A DNA stretch of 51,545 nucleotides from Nemertoderma westbladi. Its lineage: Eukaryota; Animalia; Xenacoelomorpha. The notes below the pieces were generated by a model. The model was not told where the DNA came from and searched no databases. It was given only the letters and a program-made list of their open reading frames with translations. Made by a program: the position numbers and the translations under genes. The DNA lies in the NCBI GenBank assembly GCA_032718475.1, contig JAUCBJ010004146.1, positions 1 through 51,545 on the forward strand. The letters run 5' to 3'. Positions 11,266 through 23,330 of this stretch are shown here, one piece after another. Within the stretch, counting starts at the first letter, position 1. Each line of letters opens with the position of its first letter.

Positions 11266-11521
11266 TTATTCCAGAGCATGTCTGGGGACCTAGGATCCTT
11301 AATTCTATAAAATTGTCTTTTAAGAGTATCGGTAAGCGCTGCGATATCTTAATTGACTAGAAATTTTAAAGGATCTGAATTTTACAGATTTTAATAAATA
11401 TTAAATTAATATTTAAGATGGGCACCGATTTATTCCAGAACTTGTCTGGGGACGTTAACCACTGATTCTAGAATTTGTCTTTCAAGTATATCGGTGGGTG
11501 CCGCGATAACTTAATCGACTA
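11266..11521. repeat. Two diverged ~95-bp direct repeats with conserved hairpins (11266-11360, 11430-11521)
   Basis: Both share ttattccaga-N5-tctggggac...ttgtcttt...tatcggt...gcgata...ttaat.gacta. Confidence 0.75.
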
Positions 11522-12066
11522 AAATTACAGATGGTCAAAAGGTTTAACAGATTTATTTGCGTTTTACGCTACTGTTATAGGGACATCACGCTACTATATG
11601 TATTATTTAATATAAAGTAGAAGAGCAATATCACACGAAGCAATGTCAGTGTGAAGAGGCAAGTCGTTTCCAAGGTCTACCCAGAGCTTGGTTTAGCCGA
11701 GACACGAGGATCTGAACTTTGCATTCCTAATACTCTGCCTACCAATAATACTTAAATATAGTAGGAGCTTTATTGTACTTTAATAAGTACTGACATGTCA
11801 TCTTACATGTAGTCTCGTATTTATAATATAATACGGACAGTAAGGAAAAAGAAAGAATTATTTCTCGCCGTCATATTAAATATATATTATGTGTAATTAC
11901 GTAATAAACACTAATATATTGCACTAACCTACTAAATAATCTAAAATAACATTCTACTAAATAAAATTAAATAAAACGATTATAATAAAGTACATAATAA
12001 CGTTCGAATATAAAAATATAATAAAAATAGATAGAATAATATAGTCATGCACCCACTCCAGACGTA

Positions 12067-13560
12067 TCACGTTGGGGAGTCCCTAGATGTTTGAGGAATT
12101 AGGGAGGTGGTCGTGGGAAGAGTGTCTTGCCTTCCATAGTTTCCGGAGAGTTCTCGGTCTCTTTCCAGTAAACATAAACGACCAACTGGGCGGTTAAGCT
12201 GTTGCGTCTCAAAGATTATGCCTGGCTTCTTGAAGTTACGCCGCATGACGACGAGTTCTACCGAGCGTACTAAACCATCATCCGAGATGTGAGTCTCGAT
12301 GATACGACCTGTCTGCCACCGCTTACGTGGAAGGTCTGAATCTACAATAAGCACCATATCTCCGGCGCTGACGTTTTCTTGCTGCGCAAACCACTTAGTT
12401 CGAAGTTGTAGCGTGGGCAGATAATGTTTCTCGAAATGGTCAGCGAAACGACGGGATAGCAACTGCATAAGTTGCCAAGTTCGACGGCAGTATTCGTCTC
12501 CGTCGGTAATCTCCGATCGTGGGAGCATGGCTACAGGTTTCTTCAGTAGGAAGTGCGCGGGTGTTAGCGCTTCCAGGGAATCGGGACTCGATGAGACTGG
12601 CATAAGCGGTCTCTCGTTGAGATAGGCAGCTATTTACTCCATTAACGTCCGCAAAAGTTCGTCGGTGAGATACGCGCACTATAACGTGGCACTATAAAGT
12701 GAAATGCGGTCTTGACACTTCTAATTAATCTCTCCCAACTTCCTCCCCACCAAGGGGCGTCGGCGGCGTTGAAGGTCCAGCTAGACGCTGTTATCCTTAG
12801 CTGATCGTCCACCTGTCTTTGGTTCCAGTCCTTCACGTATGCCTGGATTTCGTTGTTGGCACCAATGAAGTTCGTTCCCTTAACCGATCTCATGGTATTA
12901 CTAGTCCCGAAGCGAGCGATCTGTCAGAGTAAACTTAAGACGAAGCTGTTGGTAGATAGATCGTTCACCATATCGAGATGGATGTCTCTACAAGTCATAC
13001 ATACGAAGATGACACACCATCTCTTGACTATAGTCCTAGCACGATATACTTCAATAGGGCCAAATAAATCTACACCAGTATTAGTAAAAGGTGGTTCATA
13101 GAAGCTTACTCGTTCCCTAGGTAATTCTGCCTCTCGCTGTGTTAAAGGCCTACTGAATGCTTTCCTACAGGGTATGCAGTTCCTAAGAACTTGGTTCAGA
13201 GCTCTACGGGGTTTATAAAAATAATAGCGAGTTCGGATTTCGCTAAGAACTCGTTCTCTACCAGCATGATAAAGTTTACTGTGAACATCTACAATCATCT
13301 TGATTTGTACTTCAAGATTTCTAATGAGTATGGGGAATTTAGTGTCAAAGGATAATGGCGCATTGGTGAGTCTTCCTCCAACACGTATTAACCCATCTAT
13401 CATTGTGCTAGAGAAGCGATCCCTTAAGCACATCTGCGGATTTCTCAACAACAGGAAATACTTATCGGAATCCTCATAGCATTGCAGGAGTCTCAGTATC
13501 TGCTTATTGGTTTCTTCATGCTCCTGGTAACTGATTTTCTCCTTTAGGAACCGGTCGGAT
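12067..13560 (-). pseudogene. BEL/Pao pol 3' end: HHCC zinc finger, DDE integrase core and Pao C-terminal domain, with two frameshifts
   Basis: GLIRVGGRL, HSKLYHAG...CIPC, GVDLFGP, SVKGTNF (second Asp lost), PWWGGSWERL, LTPAHFL, YLPTLQLRTKW, DGLVRSV, split over three ORFs. Confidence 0.95.
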
Positions 13561-13605
13561 GTCTTATATTTGGGTAAATTTTTAATAACATGAACTAAAA
13601 ATAAA

Positions 13606-16215
13606 AATAAGAACGAAAAATCGTACCTTTACATTCCTAGCACAACTATAAGAACGAAAAAGACGCACCTTTACATTCCTAGCACAACTATAAGAACGAA
13701 AAAGACGCACCTTTACATTCCTAGCACAAATATAAGAACGAAAAAGACGCACCTTTACATTCCTAGCACAAATATAAGAACGAAAAAGACGCACCTTTAC
13801 ATTTCTAGCACAACTATAAGAACGAAAAAGACGCACCTTTACATTCCTAGCACAACTATAAGAACGAAAAATCGCACCTTTACATTCCTAGCACAACTAT
13901 AAGAACGAAAAAGACGCACCTTTACATTCCTAGCACAACTATAAGAACGAAAAAGACGCACCTTTACATTCCTAGCACAACTATAAGAACGAAAAAGACC
14001 TTTACATTCCTAGCACAACTATAAGAACGAAAAAGACGCACCTTTACATTCCTAGCACAACTATAAGAACGAAAAAGACCTTTACATTCCTAGCACAACT
14101 ATAAGAACGAAAAAGACCTTTACATTCCTAGCACAACTATAAGAACGAAAAAGACGCACCTTTACATTCCTAGCACAAATATAAGAACGAAAAAGACGCA
14201 CCTTTACATTCCTAGCACAACTATAAGAACGAAAAAGACCTTTACATTCCTAGCACAACTATAAGAACGAAAAAGACGCACCTTTACATTCCTAGCACAA
14301 CTATAAGAACGAAAAAGACCTTTACATTCCTAGCACAACTATAAGAACGAAAAAGACCTTTACATTCCTAGCACAACTATAAGAACGAAAAAGACGCACC
14401 TTTACATTCCTAGCACAAATATAAGAACGAAAAAGACGCACCTTTACATTTCTAGCACAACTATAAGAACGAAAAAGACGCACCTTTACATTCCTAGCAC
14501 AACTATAAGAACGAAAAAGACCTTTACATTCCTAGCACAACTATAAGAACGAAAAAGACGCACCTTTACATTCCTAGCACAACTATAAGAACGAAAAAGA
14601 CGCACCTTTACATTCCTAGCACAACTATAAGAACGAAAAAGACGCACCTTTACATTCCTAGCACAACTATAAGAACGAAAAAGACGCACCTTTACATTCC
14701 TAGCACAACTATAAGAACGAAAAAGACGCACCTTTACATTCCTAGCACAACTATAATAACGAAAAATACGCACCTTTACATTCCTAGCACAACTATAAGA
14801 ACGAAAAAGACGAACCTTTACATTCCTAGCACAACTATAAGAACGAAAAAGACGCACCTTTACATTCCTAGCACAACTACAAGAACGAAAAAGACGCACC
14901 TTTACATTCCTAGCACAACTATAAAAACGAAAAAGACGCACCTTTACATTCCTAGCACAACTATAAAAACGAAAAAGACGCACCTTTACATTCCTAGCAC
15001 AACTATAAAAACGAAAAAGACGCACCTTTACATTCCTAGCACATCTAAACGAACAAAAAGGCGCACCTTTACATTCCTAGCACAACTATAAGAACGAAAA
15101 ATCGCACCTTTACATTCCTAGCACAACTATACGAACGAAAAAGACGCACCGTTACATTCCTAACACAACTATAAGAACGAAAAAGACGCACCTTTACATT
15201 CCTAGCACAACTATAAGAACGAAAAAGACGCACCTTTACATTCCTAGCACAACTATAAGAACGAAAAATACGCACCTTTACATTCCTAGCACAACTATAA
15301 GAACGAAAAAGACGCACCTTTGCATTCCTAGCACAACTATAAGAACGAAAAAGACGCACCTTTACATTCCTAGCACAACTATAAGAACGAAAAAGACGCA
15401 CCTTTACATTCCTAGCACAACAATAAGAACGAAAAAGACGCACCTTTACATTCCTAGTACAACTATAAGAACGAAAAAGACGCACCTTTACATTCCTAGC
15501 ACAACTATAAGAACGAAAAAGACGCACCTTTACATTCCTAGTACAACTATAAGAACGAAAAAGACGCACCTTTACATTCCTAGTACAACTATAAGAACGA
15601 AAAAGACGCACCTTTACATTCCTAGTACAACTATAAGAACGAAAAAGACGCACCTTTACATTCCTAGCACAACTATAAGAACGAAAAAGACGCACCTTTA
15701 CATTCCTAGTACAACTATAAGAACGAAAAAGAGGCACCTTTACATTCCTAGTACAACTATAAGAACGAAAAAGACGCACCTTTACATTCCTAGTACAACT
15801 ATAAGAACGAAAAAGACGCACCTTTACATTCCTAGCACAACTATAAGAACGAAAAAGACGCACCTTTACATTCCTAGCACAACTATAAGAACGAAAAAGA
15901 CGCAACTTTACATTCCTAGCACAACTATAAGAACGAAAAAGACGCACCTTTACATTCCTAGCACAACAATAAGAACGAAAAAGACGCACCTTTACATTCG
16001 TACAGTAGTACAACTATAAGAACGAAAAAGACGCACCTTTACATTCCTAGCACAACTATAAGAACGAAAAAGAGGCACCTTTACATTCCTAGCACAACTA
16101 TAAGAACGAAAAAGACGCACCTTTACATTCCTGCACAACTATAAGAACGAAAAAGACGAACCTTTACATTCCTAGCACAACTATAAGAACGAAAAAGACG
16201 CACATTTACATTCCT
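13606..16215. repeat. 42-bp tandem satellite, array 2 (~63 units)
   Basis: Same unit and largely the same order of variants as array 1, with extra 38/42-bp units near 14000-14400. Confidence 0.98.
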
Positions 16216-16935
16216 TTGGAATGAAGTATAAACATTTCGTCTTTTTTAAATTAAATTTAATTGAATGGCATAATCCCTATAAATATTTAGAAGTTGCTGC
16301 AAACGAAACATTGTATTAGATAAATGTGATAAATCGTCCGCATAAAATAAATGAAACCTTTTAGGAATAAAACCTTTTACCGTTAATAGAACAACCAAAT
16401 TTGCACTTGTTTAATGCAGTTACTTAGATCATCCATGTACACGTTAAATAAATATGGACTTAAAATGCCCCCTTGTTTTGTACCATTCGTGACATTGAAT
16501 TCATTTGAGTTATATTTACCCCACGAAACAAATAGTAATTGGTTACGATACCAAAAGCAAATTATTCTTACAAAAATAACTGGTACTCCCCTAGTAATTA
16601 GTTTAGAGGATAATAGGTAATGATTACATCTGCCAAATGCCTTACTGGCATCCAACATATAAGTAAATACGTAAATACCGGGATATTATTTTCTAAATAA
16701 AATTTAACAGTCTCCTTAAAAGCGAGGACGCACAATTATGTGCCCGATTTTGATTTAAAACCAAATTGGTTATCTGTGGTCTCTAGGTATTGTCTTATAT
16801 TAGCCTCTCAAACAATTTGGAGAATGCAGTTGCAGAATGCATATTGCCCCCGTCTTGTCCTTAATTAAATTTAGTATCATAGACTCAATTAGTCCGGGTG
16901 GTATATAATCATGGCACAACATAGAACGCACCTTT
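16216..16935 (-). pseudogene. Decayed LINE reverse transcriptase, copy 2
   Basis: Same RT motifs as 2751-3475 (LDASKAF, QGGILSP, YADD). Confidence 0.9.
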
Positions 16936-17244
16936 AAAAAAATATTTTAGAAAAATATTTTTATCAGGGAAACGTTTAATTATTTAATACTTTTTAGTTA
17001 CTTTTACATGTACTTATAACGATTAGTATACAAATTAATTAACTTAAATAATGGAATGGCTAACCGTAAGTGCACGGGCCTGGTTAGTCTCCTCCCCCAC
17101 TACTTACTGTATATATTTTTATCTAATGATCTATTTTATTTGAAATAAATTTCATATGTGCAATTTTTGACTATGGGTGTAATAATAATAATAATAATAA
17201 TAATATAATAATAATAATAAAATAGAATTAAATAAACATGACAA

Positions 17245-18330
17245 AGTGTTACACAATAATTATGTACAAACCGTACTTAAATTGTTCCGACGAGACATTA
17301 TCCATACCTATAACTTTACCAATGGCCAGTTGGCTAATAGCGTTATCAATGTCCACTTTACCAAATACACAGTAATTAGAAGCGATAGTTTCAAATTGAC
17401 TATCTGCAAACACTCGGCTAGTGTCAGGTAGGTCACAATTATACAGATTAAAAAAGTCATCCTTCCATAGAATACCTATTTGCACCTCGCCAACAGCGTT
17501 CCCGACTTTGTTGGGAAGTGGGTTCTGATTGGTCGATACTCTATGTACCTGTGACCAAACATTTGTGTTACCAGCAGTGGAGTCTCACATCGCATCAGCA
17601 AGTTTACCATCGCGTATCTCTCGTTCGCGGCGCTTAACCTGTCGTAATACACGCTTAAACTGCGCTTTAGATGTTAGATACTGCCGATAAGCAGCACCTT
17701 GTCTAGGTGAACCCTGTGATCGCCATAAACGAAAAGAAAGATGAGCCTCCTTGTGGAAGGAGTCTACGTATCCATTCCAACCAAGAATGTGTTTATCGAC
17801 AGATACCGGTGCACCTTTATGTTTTACAGTGGGTATTGTCCTATCGGCAGCTACCCTAAACGCCTCACATACAACCTTATAATAAAATATTATCAATAGC
17901 ACCTATATACCAATCGTATGCACATTAAGTAATATTACACCGATTTAATATTTCAATCAGTTTATTGACATTATTATTTTGTAACAGGTTATCTACCAAT
18001 CTGTGATAGTAATATTTTCAGGTGATGCCTTCATAAGCTTATGATCTAGTAATACCTAATGCAGCATCATAGTCAATTATAAAATTATTAACGGAACCAG
18101 CAAGGCCGGTTGTACAAACAACGTGATCTAACCACGACTTCGTATATCATGAGCACCACTAACAAAGGTATGAGGGTATGAGAGCTATCTGGCTGGTAAA
18201 CAGTAGACATCAGCCAAGTACCTAATAATTATATTCATCAACCCAATCACATAGTTTAGTTAAAAAATTATTAAAATCGCTAGCAATACAGCACGACACC
18301 TCTGACGATTCAATTATACTGGATAGTACT
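17245..18330 (-). pseudogene. Upstream part of the same LINE ORF2 (APE endonuclease remnant, linker, RT start)
   Basis: IASDFN, TFVSGAH, SWLDHV, ILGWNGYV...HKEAHLSFRLW..GSPRQG, AISQLAIGKVIGMDNVSSEQFKY in the expected order. Confidence 0.8.
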
Positions 18331-18551
18331 AGATTGTTACAACAGTCGAAAACAGGCAAAAACAAGCGAAAACAGTTGGAATGTAGGGAAAACAGACGAA
18401 AACAGTTACATCCTTTAAAAATAATCATCCATGCATCCGGGTGAAAAGAGATATTGAAGTTGATATAAGTGGTCTAACATCCATGTCGAATTAACATAAG
18501 AGTTTAAACGGAGCAATGGATGGGTGGTGTATAGAAAAAACTCAGTTTCTT

Positions 18552-18590
18552 GCTATATTTCGATCTCCTTACGGATGACCGTCTTCAGGC
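18552..18590 (-). ncRNA. Minimal type I hammerhead ribozyme-like motif (Penelope-like element type)
   Basis: Minus strand GC-CUGAAGA-CGGUC-A-UCC-GUAA-GGA-GAUCG-AAAUAUA-GC: intact core, GNRA-capped stem II, palindromic stem III, stem I of only 2 bp. Confidence 0.6.
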
Positions 18591-18749
18591 TGTAATTTAA
18601 TAACCGGTACGTTGGCCTAACAGAAATTATAAATTGCACTAATTTGAAAATCCCGTTAAAGGTCAAATTGAAAACATTACATGGAGTTAATAGTCTACTG
18701 TAGAATTAATGAGCGAAGACGATATGTATGAAAGGATAAATGTATAATT

Positions 18750-19430
18750 AAATTAAGTATATGTAGTACTTTTGTAGTAGAAGCTTGAATATTTTGTTCT
18801 AATTTACCAAAAATGCACCAATGTAATTTAAGTACTGCATGTGTAGTAGTTGTTCTAGTCTACAAGAAATGCACCAATGTGAAAATAGTTAAAGTAAATT
18901 AATTAGGTACAGAATCAGGTGCAAATTTGAAAAAATAGTTACAACAAGTGAAAAAATTAATATAAGAGGTAAATTAAGTATATGTATTTTGTTGTTCTAA
19001 TTTACAAAAAATGCACCGTGGAAATAGTTCAAGTAAATTTATTAGGTACAGAATCAGGTGCACATTCGAAAAAATAGTTACAACAAGTGAAAAAATTAGT
19101 GACACCAAGTGAAAAAATTTTTATTGGAGAAGGTAACTTAAGTATATGTTGTTTTGTTGTTCTAATTTACAAAAAATGCACCAATGTGGAAATAGTAAAT
19201 TAATTAGGTACAGAATCAGGTGCAAGTTTGAAAAAATAGTTACAACAAGTTACAACAAGTGAAAACATACAATGTGAAAAAATACAATATGAGAGGTAAT
19301 TTAAGTATATGTAGTTATGTTCAAATTTGACAATAATTACAACAAGTGAAAATATTAATAGGAAAGGTAATTTAAGTATATGTAGTTAGTTCTAACTTAC
19401 AAAAATACACCAATTTGAAAATAATTAAAG
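18750..19430. repeat. Degenerate AT-rich tandem repeat, ~140-165-bp units, 4-5 copies
   Basis: attaggtacagaatcaggtgca near 18902, 19041 and 19204; ttacaacaagtgaaaa and ttaagtatatgt recur. Confidence 0.8.
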
Positions 19431-21510
19431 TTAATCCAAGTCACTGATTCACTACTATTGAAGTTAGGATTTAATTGGAAATGAAATTTAGCCCAAATTC
19501 CAGACTTGGAGGCACTTAGGATTTGACTTGGATTTCATTAGGAATTTACTTGGAAATCGGCGCTTACTTTGATATCTGGAAGGTGGACTGACTCAGACTA
19601 TGCTTGTGCAGGTCCACTTATTCTCTATCCTGTCAATCATTATGTTGTATAGAATGGACTAGACTCAGCATAAAGTTTGCGTAGTGTTCAGTTCATTACA
19701 TTGAGGTATGGATATCGATGTCATAGGATGGAAGTGTCATATATAAATTTATATAATTAATTAGAGTGAGTTAAACTTAGTTAGAGACTACATTCATCTA
19801 TCAATAATATATCCGACATCCAATATACGTTTGTTTGGGGCCTATCCAGTTGGTTATAATAAATTGCTAGATTAGTTCCTAAGTAAATATACATTCCGTA
19901 TCCTTTGTAGTTGTAAATCATGTATCTGTTTGAACTCAGTAGAAATAATGTGTAATGCGCCATTTTGTAAAGTTCACTGTCACAACATTGAATATAGAGT
20001 TTACGTTGTTATATTAAAGAAAAACAATTTTCTATTTTGGAACTTCCAGTTGGGGAAAATCCATTATAGGAAGATTACACTCCTCCTACTGTACCTTGTA
20101 TTACCAGCCTCTGACGTAAATAATATTTAAAATATAAACTCTAATAGATGAAATCCACACACATCCGCACATAGTTAACGTCCGTCGGCCGGTGGGCTCT
20201 GGAATAATTTAAGATCGGATTGAACTTACAAATAAATGTAGGATCACAACACACACTGTATTTATTACTATTGAACATATTTTGAGTAATAAAGATAAGT
20301 AACAATGTTTGTGTAATTATTAATAGAATAAATATTAGTTTATTTTCATTTATTAGTTTAATTAATAATTAGACAGGGGCTAAAACTGGGCGACTAAATA
20401 AATGTATGTTATCCACGGGAAATGTTCATTTCCTATAGGCCTACACATTGACATTCTGCTTACTATACAAACACTGCTTGCTGTAAGAGGAGTACAGGGG
20501 TAGATAATTGGGTGTTCAATTATTATTATAGTCTTAAAAATAAATATGGGCTATTAATTATTAGCAGCCCACTTACTGCCTAACACGCTGTATCTCATTG
20601 TGTAGTTAAATATCCTTTCGGCCAATAGTAAGTCATTGATTAGTCCCCAAGGAGGGCTAGGGACTATAGCCCCCCACACCTTGCCCCCCACCCACCCCCC
20701 CCCCCTCCCTTCCCGACATAGATAAACTGTAATATTGAAGATAAACTGTAATATTGAATGATATATTTTACTGAAACACACAAGTTTCGTATTTAAACAT
20801 AACTGCACCCACAAAGCACATTACACTCTCCAAGCAGATTCCGCAACATGTCACAATCCGTATCGCTACCACTACGAAAAATAAATGACATAACATCCTA
20901 CAGGAATTAACAGACCCTTATGAGTTTAGTGGTTTGTAACAAACTTAACCTCTTGGCATATTGATATTAATATTAATTATAAATTATATTTATTATACCA
21001 TGGAAATGGTTAAATTGCCAGATCTAAAAAGTTCGCACAATAATTTAAATAAAATTATTAAAAGTTTGACGTCCGAATACAATCAGATTACGCTTTAGCA
21101 GCCCAACTACTTGTTGAGGCGCACTCAACGTGTTGGCGGGCCTATTTTACACAAGCGGCGTTACCTTTACCGTATGGTAGTTAATGTGTCCAGATGTTGA
21201 GTTAAAGCCAGTAGTGTGTTCTTTGCATATTTAACATTAGCCTATGGGGAGTATTGTTGTTGTAAGATAAGTCAGGGGAAGGGAAATACAACTCAACCAC
21301 TAGACAAAGCGGCTCTCTTTACTACTTTCAGCTATCCCGGGAGGTTGATTGACAGACACTTCTAAGCTTTGATATTTAGCCGCTCTAGGTAGACTTGCAT
21401 TAGGCAAATTCCAAGTGATTTCCTAAAGGTTATTTATTTCCTATTAGGTTCCTATTAGGATCCTATTAGGATCCAATAGGACGTTATTTGAAAGCGTTAC
21501 TGTATCTTCC

Positions 21511-22951
21511 ATGGTCTATCCCATCATAGTAGACATGTACCGAACAACAAGAGTCCCACAAGAAATGAGAACAAATAAGTTGGTGCCAGTTCCCAAGAAG
21601 GGCAACCTAACACTCTATGGTTCTTTTCGGGGAATCTCATTGATCTCGATTGCTGCAAAGCTATACAATAGAATTCTATTAAATCGCATCAGGGATCCCA
21701 TTGAGAGACTGCTCCGTGGAAATCAGAATGGGTTCCGTAAAGGTCGTGGGACCATGGAACCCATTTTGGCACTTAGAGGGATAATTGAAGAGTTATGTAT
21801 CAAAAAAGAAAGACAGGCATCTGGCTGTTATCTTTGTTGACTTCTTCAAGGCCTTTGATTCAGTCTCCCGCTCACGTATGTTCAGCATACTTTCATTATA
21901 TGGGATTCCTGATGAAATTATTGCAGCAATCAGATCAGTATACGATGGTTCGACAACATCTGTGTCTACTGTTGACGGTGACACAGAACCATTTGAAGTG
22001 TTATGGGGCGTCCTCCAGGGAGACACACTTGCACCATTCTTGTTCATAATTGTGGTTGACTATGTTCTACGCATGTCCTTAGATCATCATAATGATGATG
22101 GGGTGATGATAACTCCACCTACTGGCTCCAGAAGTCGAGGAAATCCTGCCAAGTACCTAACTGATCTAGACTTTGCTGATGACTTAGGAGTACTCTCAGA
22201 ATCACTAGAGGGAGCCCAACGGCTCCTCAGCTCATTAGAACATGCTGCTTCTAGTGTTGGTATTTTTATTAACTCCAGAAAGACCAAAATTTTGACAGTT
22301 AACTTTGAAAGTTCTCAGCAAGTCTCTGATCGGATGAGCATAAGCTCAAAGAATGGTATGCTTGAGCATGTGGACGACTTCTGTTACCTGGGATCATGGA
22401 TCCGGAAGTCTGGTGAGGACCTTCGAATACGTAAGGGAAAGGCATGGGCAGCCTTGAATAGGCTTTCCAGGATTTGGAAGTCACCGAGAATTAATCGGAA
22501 ACTTAAGGTCCGATTATTTAGAGCAGCAGTAGTTCCAGTACTCCTCTATGGGAGTCCATGCTGGGCTCTAACTGCTGAGGACACCAAATATCTGGATGGC
22601 ACATTCACAAGAATGCTACGCCGGGTTCATTGTGTCAAGTACAATGCACACATCTCCAACCAGACACTATATAACATTGGAGGTATCTCATTGGTTCCCC
22701 CAAGCTTGACACTAGAACAAAATCGCCTCCGCTTTACAGGACATTGCTTTCGCCGTGTGGACCAGCCAGTGCATAATCTTGTACTTTGGCAGCCTCATCT
22801 AGTGAATAAGCATGGTGGACAGCCCATGACTTTCTTGAGACGCATCTTAAAGGACACTGGCCTTGAAGATGCGGATGATCTAGCAAATGTCATGGGTGAT
22901 AGGGAGTTGTGGCGGCGCAATTTTGTCGACAAGCCGGCACAGCATTCTTAA
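21511..22951 (+). pseudogene. RTE-clade LINE, 5'-truncated RT with one frameshift (~21800); 3' UTR probably to ~23320
   Basis: PVPKKGNL, FRGISL, QNGFRKGR, FVDFFKAFDSV, GVLQGDTLAPFLF, DFADD, FCYLGSW, LLYGSPCW. Confidence 0.93.
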
Positions 22952-23330
22952 AAATTCAGCTGCAATGCATCATGCCGATACTAGTAGTAATAATAGACCC
23001 TAGAACTTCATTCTGTTTGAAAGGAGAAGAACATAACAACCCTGACAACAACTTCTACGTACATTTCTTTCCTTTTAGCTTATTTTGTTTGTATGCGCAG
23101 TCAACTAATCCCTCACAGTTCTCGCTGCCAACGAGTGCTCTCGCGGTCTGCCTTTCCCTGCCTGTCTTTGGCCATAATTATAATGCTATTAGTACTTTAC
23201 TGGACAATTGAATTCCTGATGCTGATCGATGATGATCTACTTACACTAAGGAGCAGTACCGGCAGACCCAGACCCAGCGCACCCAGATCTCGCGGTATCA
23301 GCCATACTCATATACTTTCCTAGTTCATCC

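Larger units (their letters stand above)
4979..13580 (-). mobile_element. BEL/Pao LTR retrotransposon, 3' half (integrase, spacer, extra ORF, putative 3' LTR); 5' part cut off just before satellite array 2
   Basis: Pao-type integrase at 12067-13560 and a same-strand large ORF downstream; the left boundary is inferred from the putative LTR. Confidence 0.65.
13606..17129 (+). repeat. Segmental direct repeat, copy 2
   Basis: Near-identical to 498-3671; the 91-aa RT ORFs in the two copies are identical. Confidence 0.93.

Noticed and set aside
498-17129. The two 3-kb direct repeats as LTRs of the BEL element
   Set aside because: They consist of satellite and LINE RT, lack TG...CA, PBS and PPT, and the right copy sits where pol is truncated
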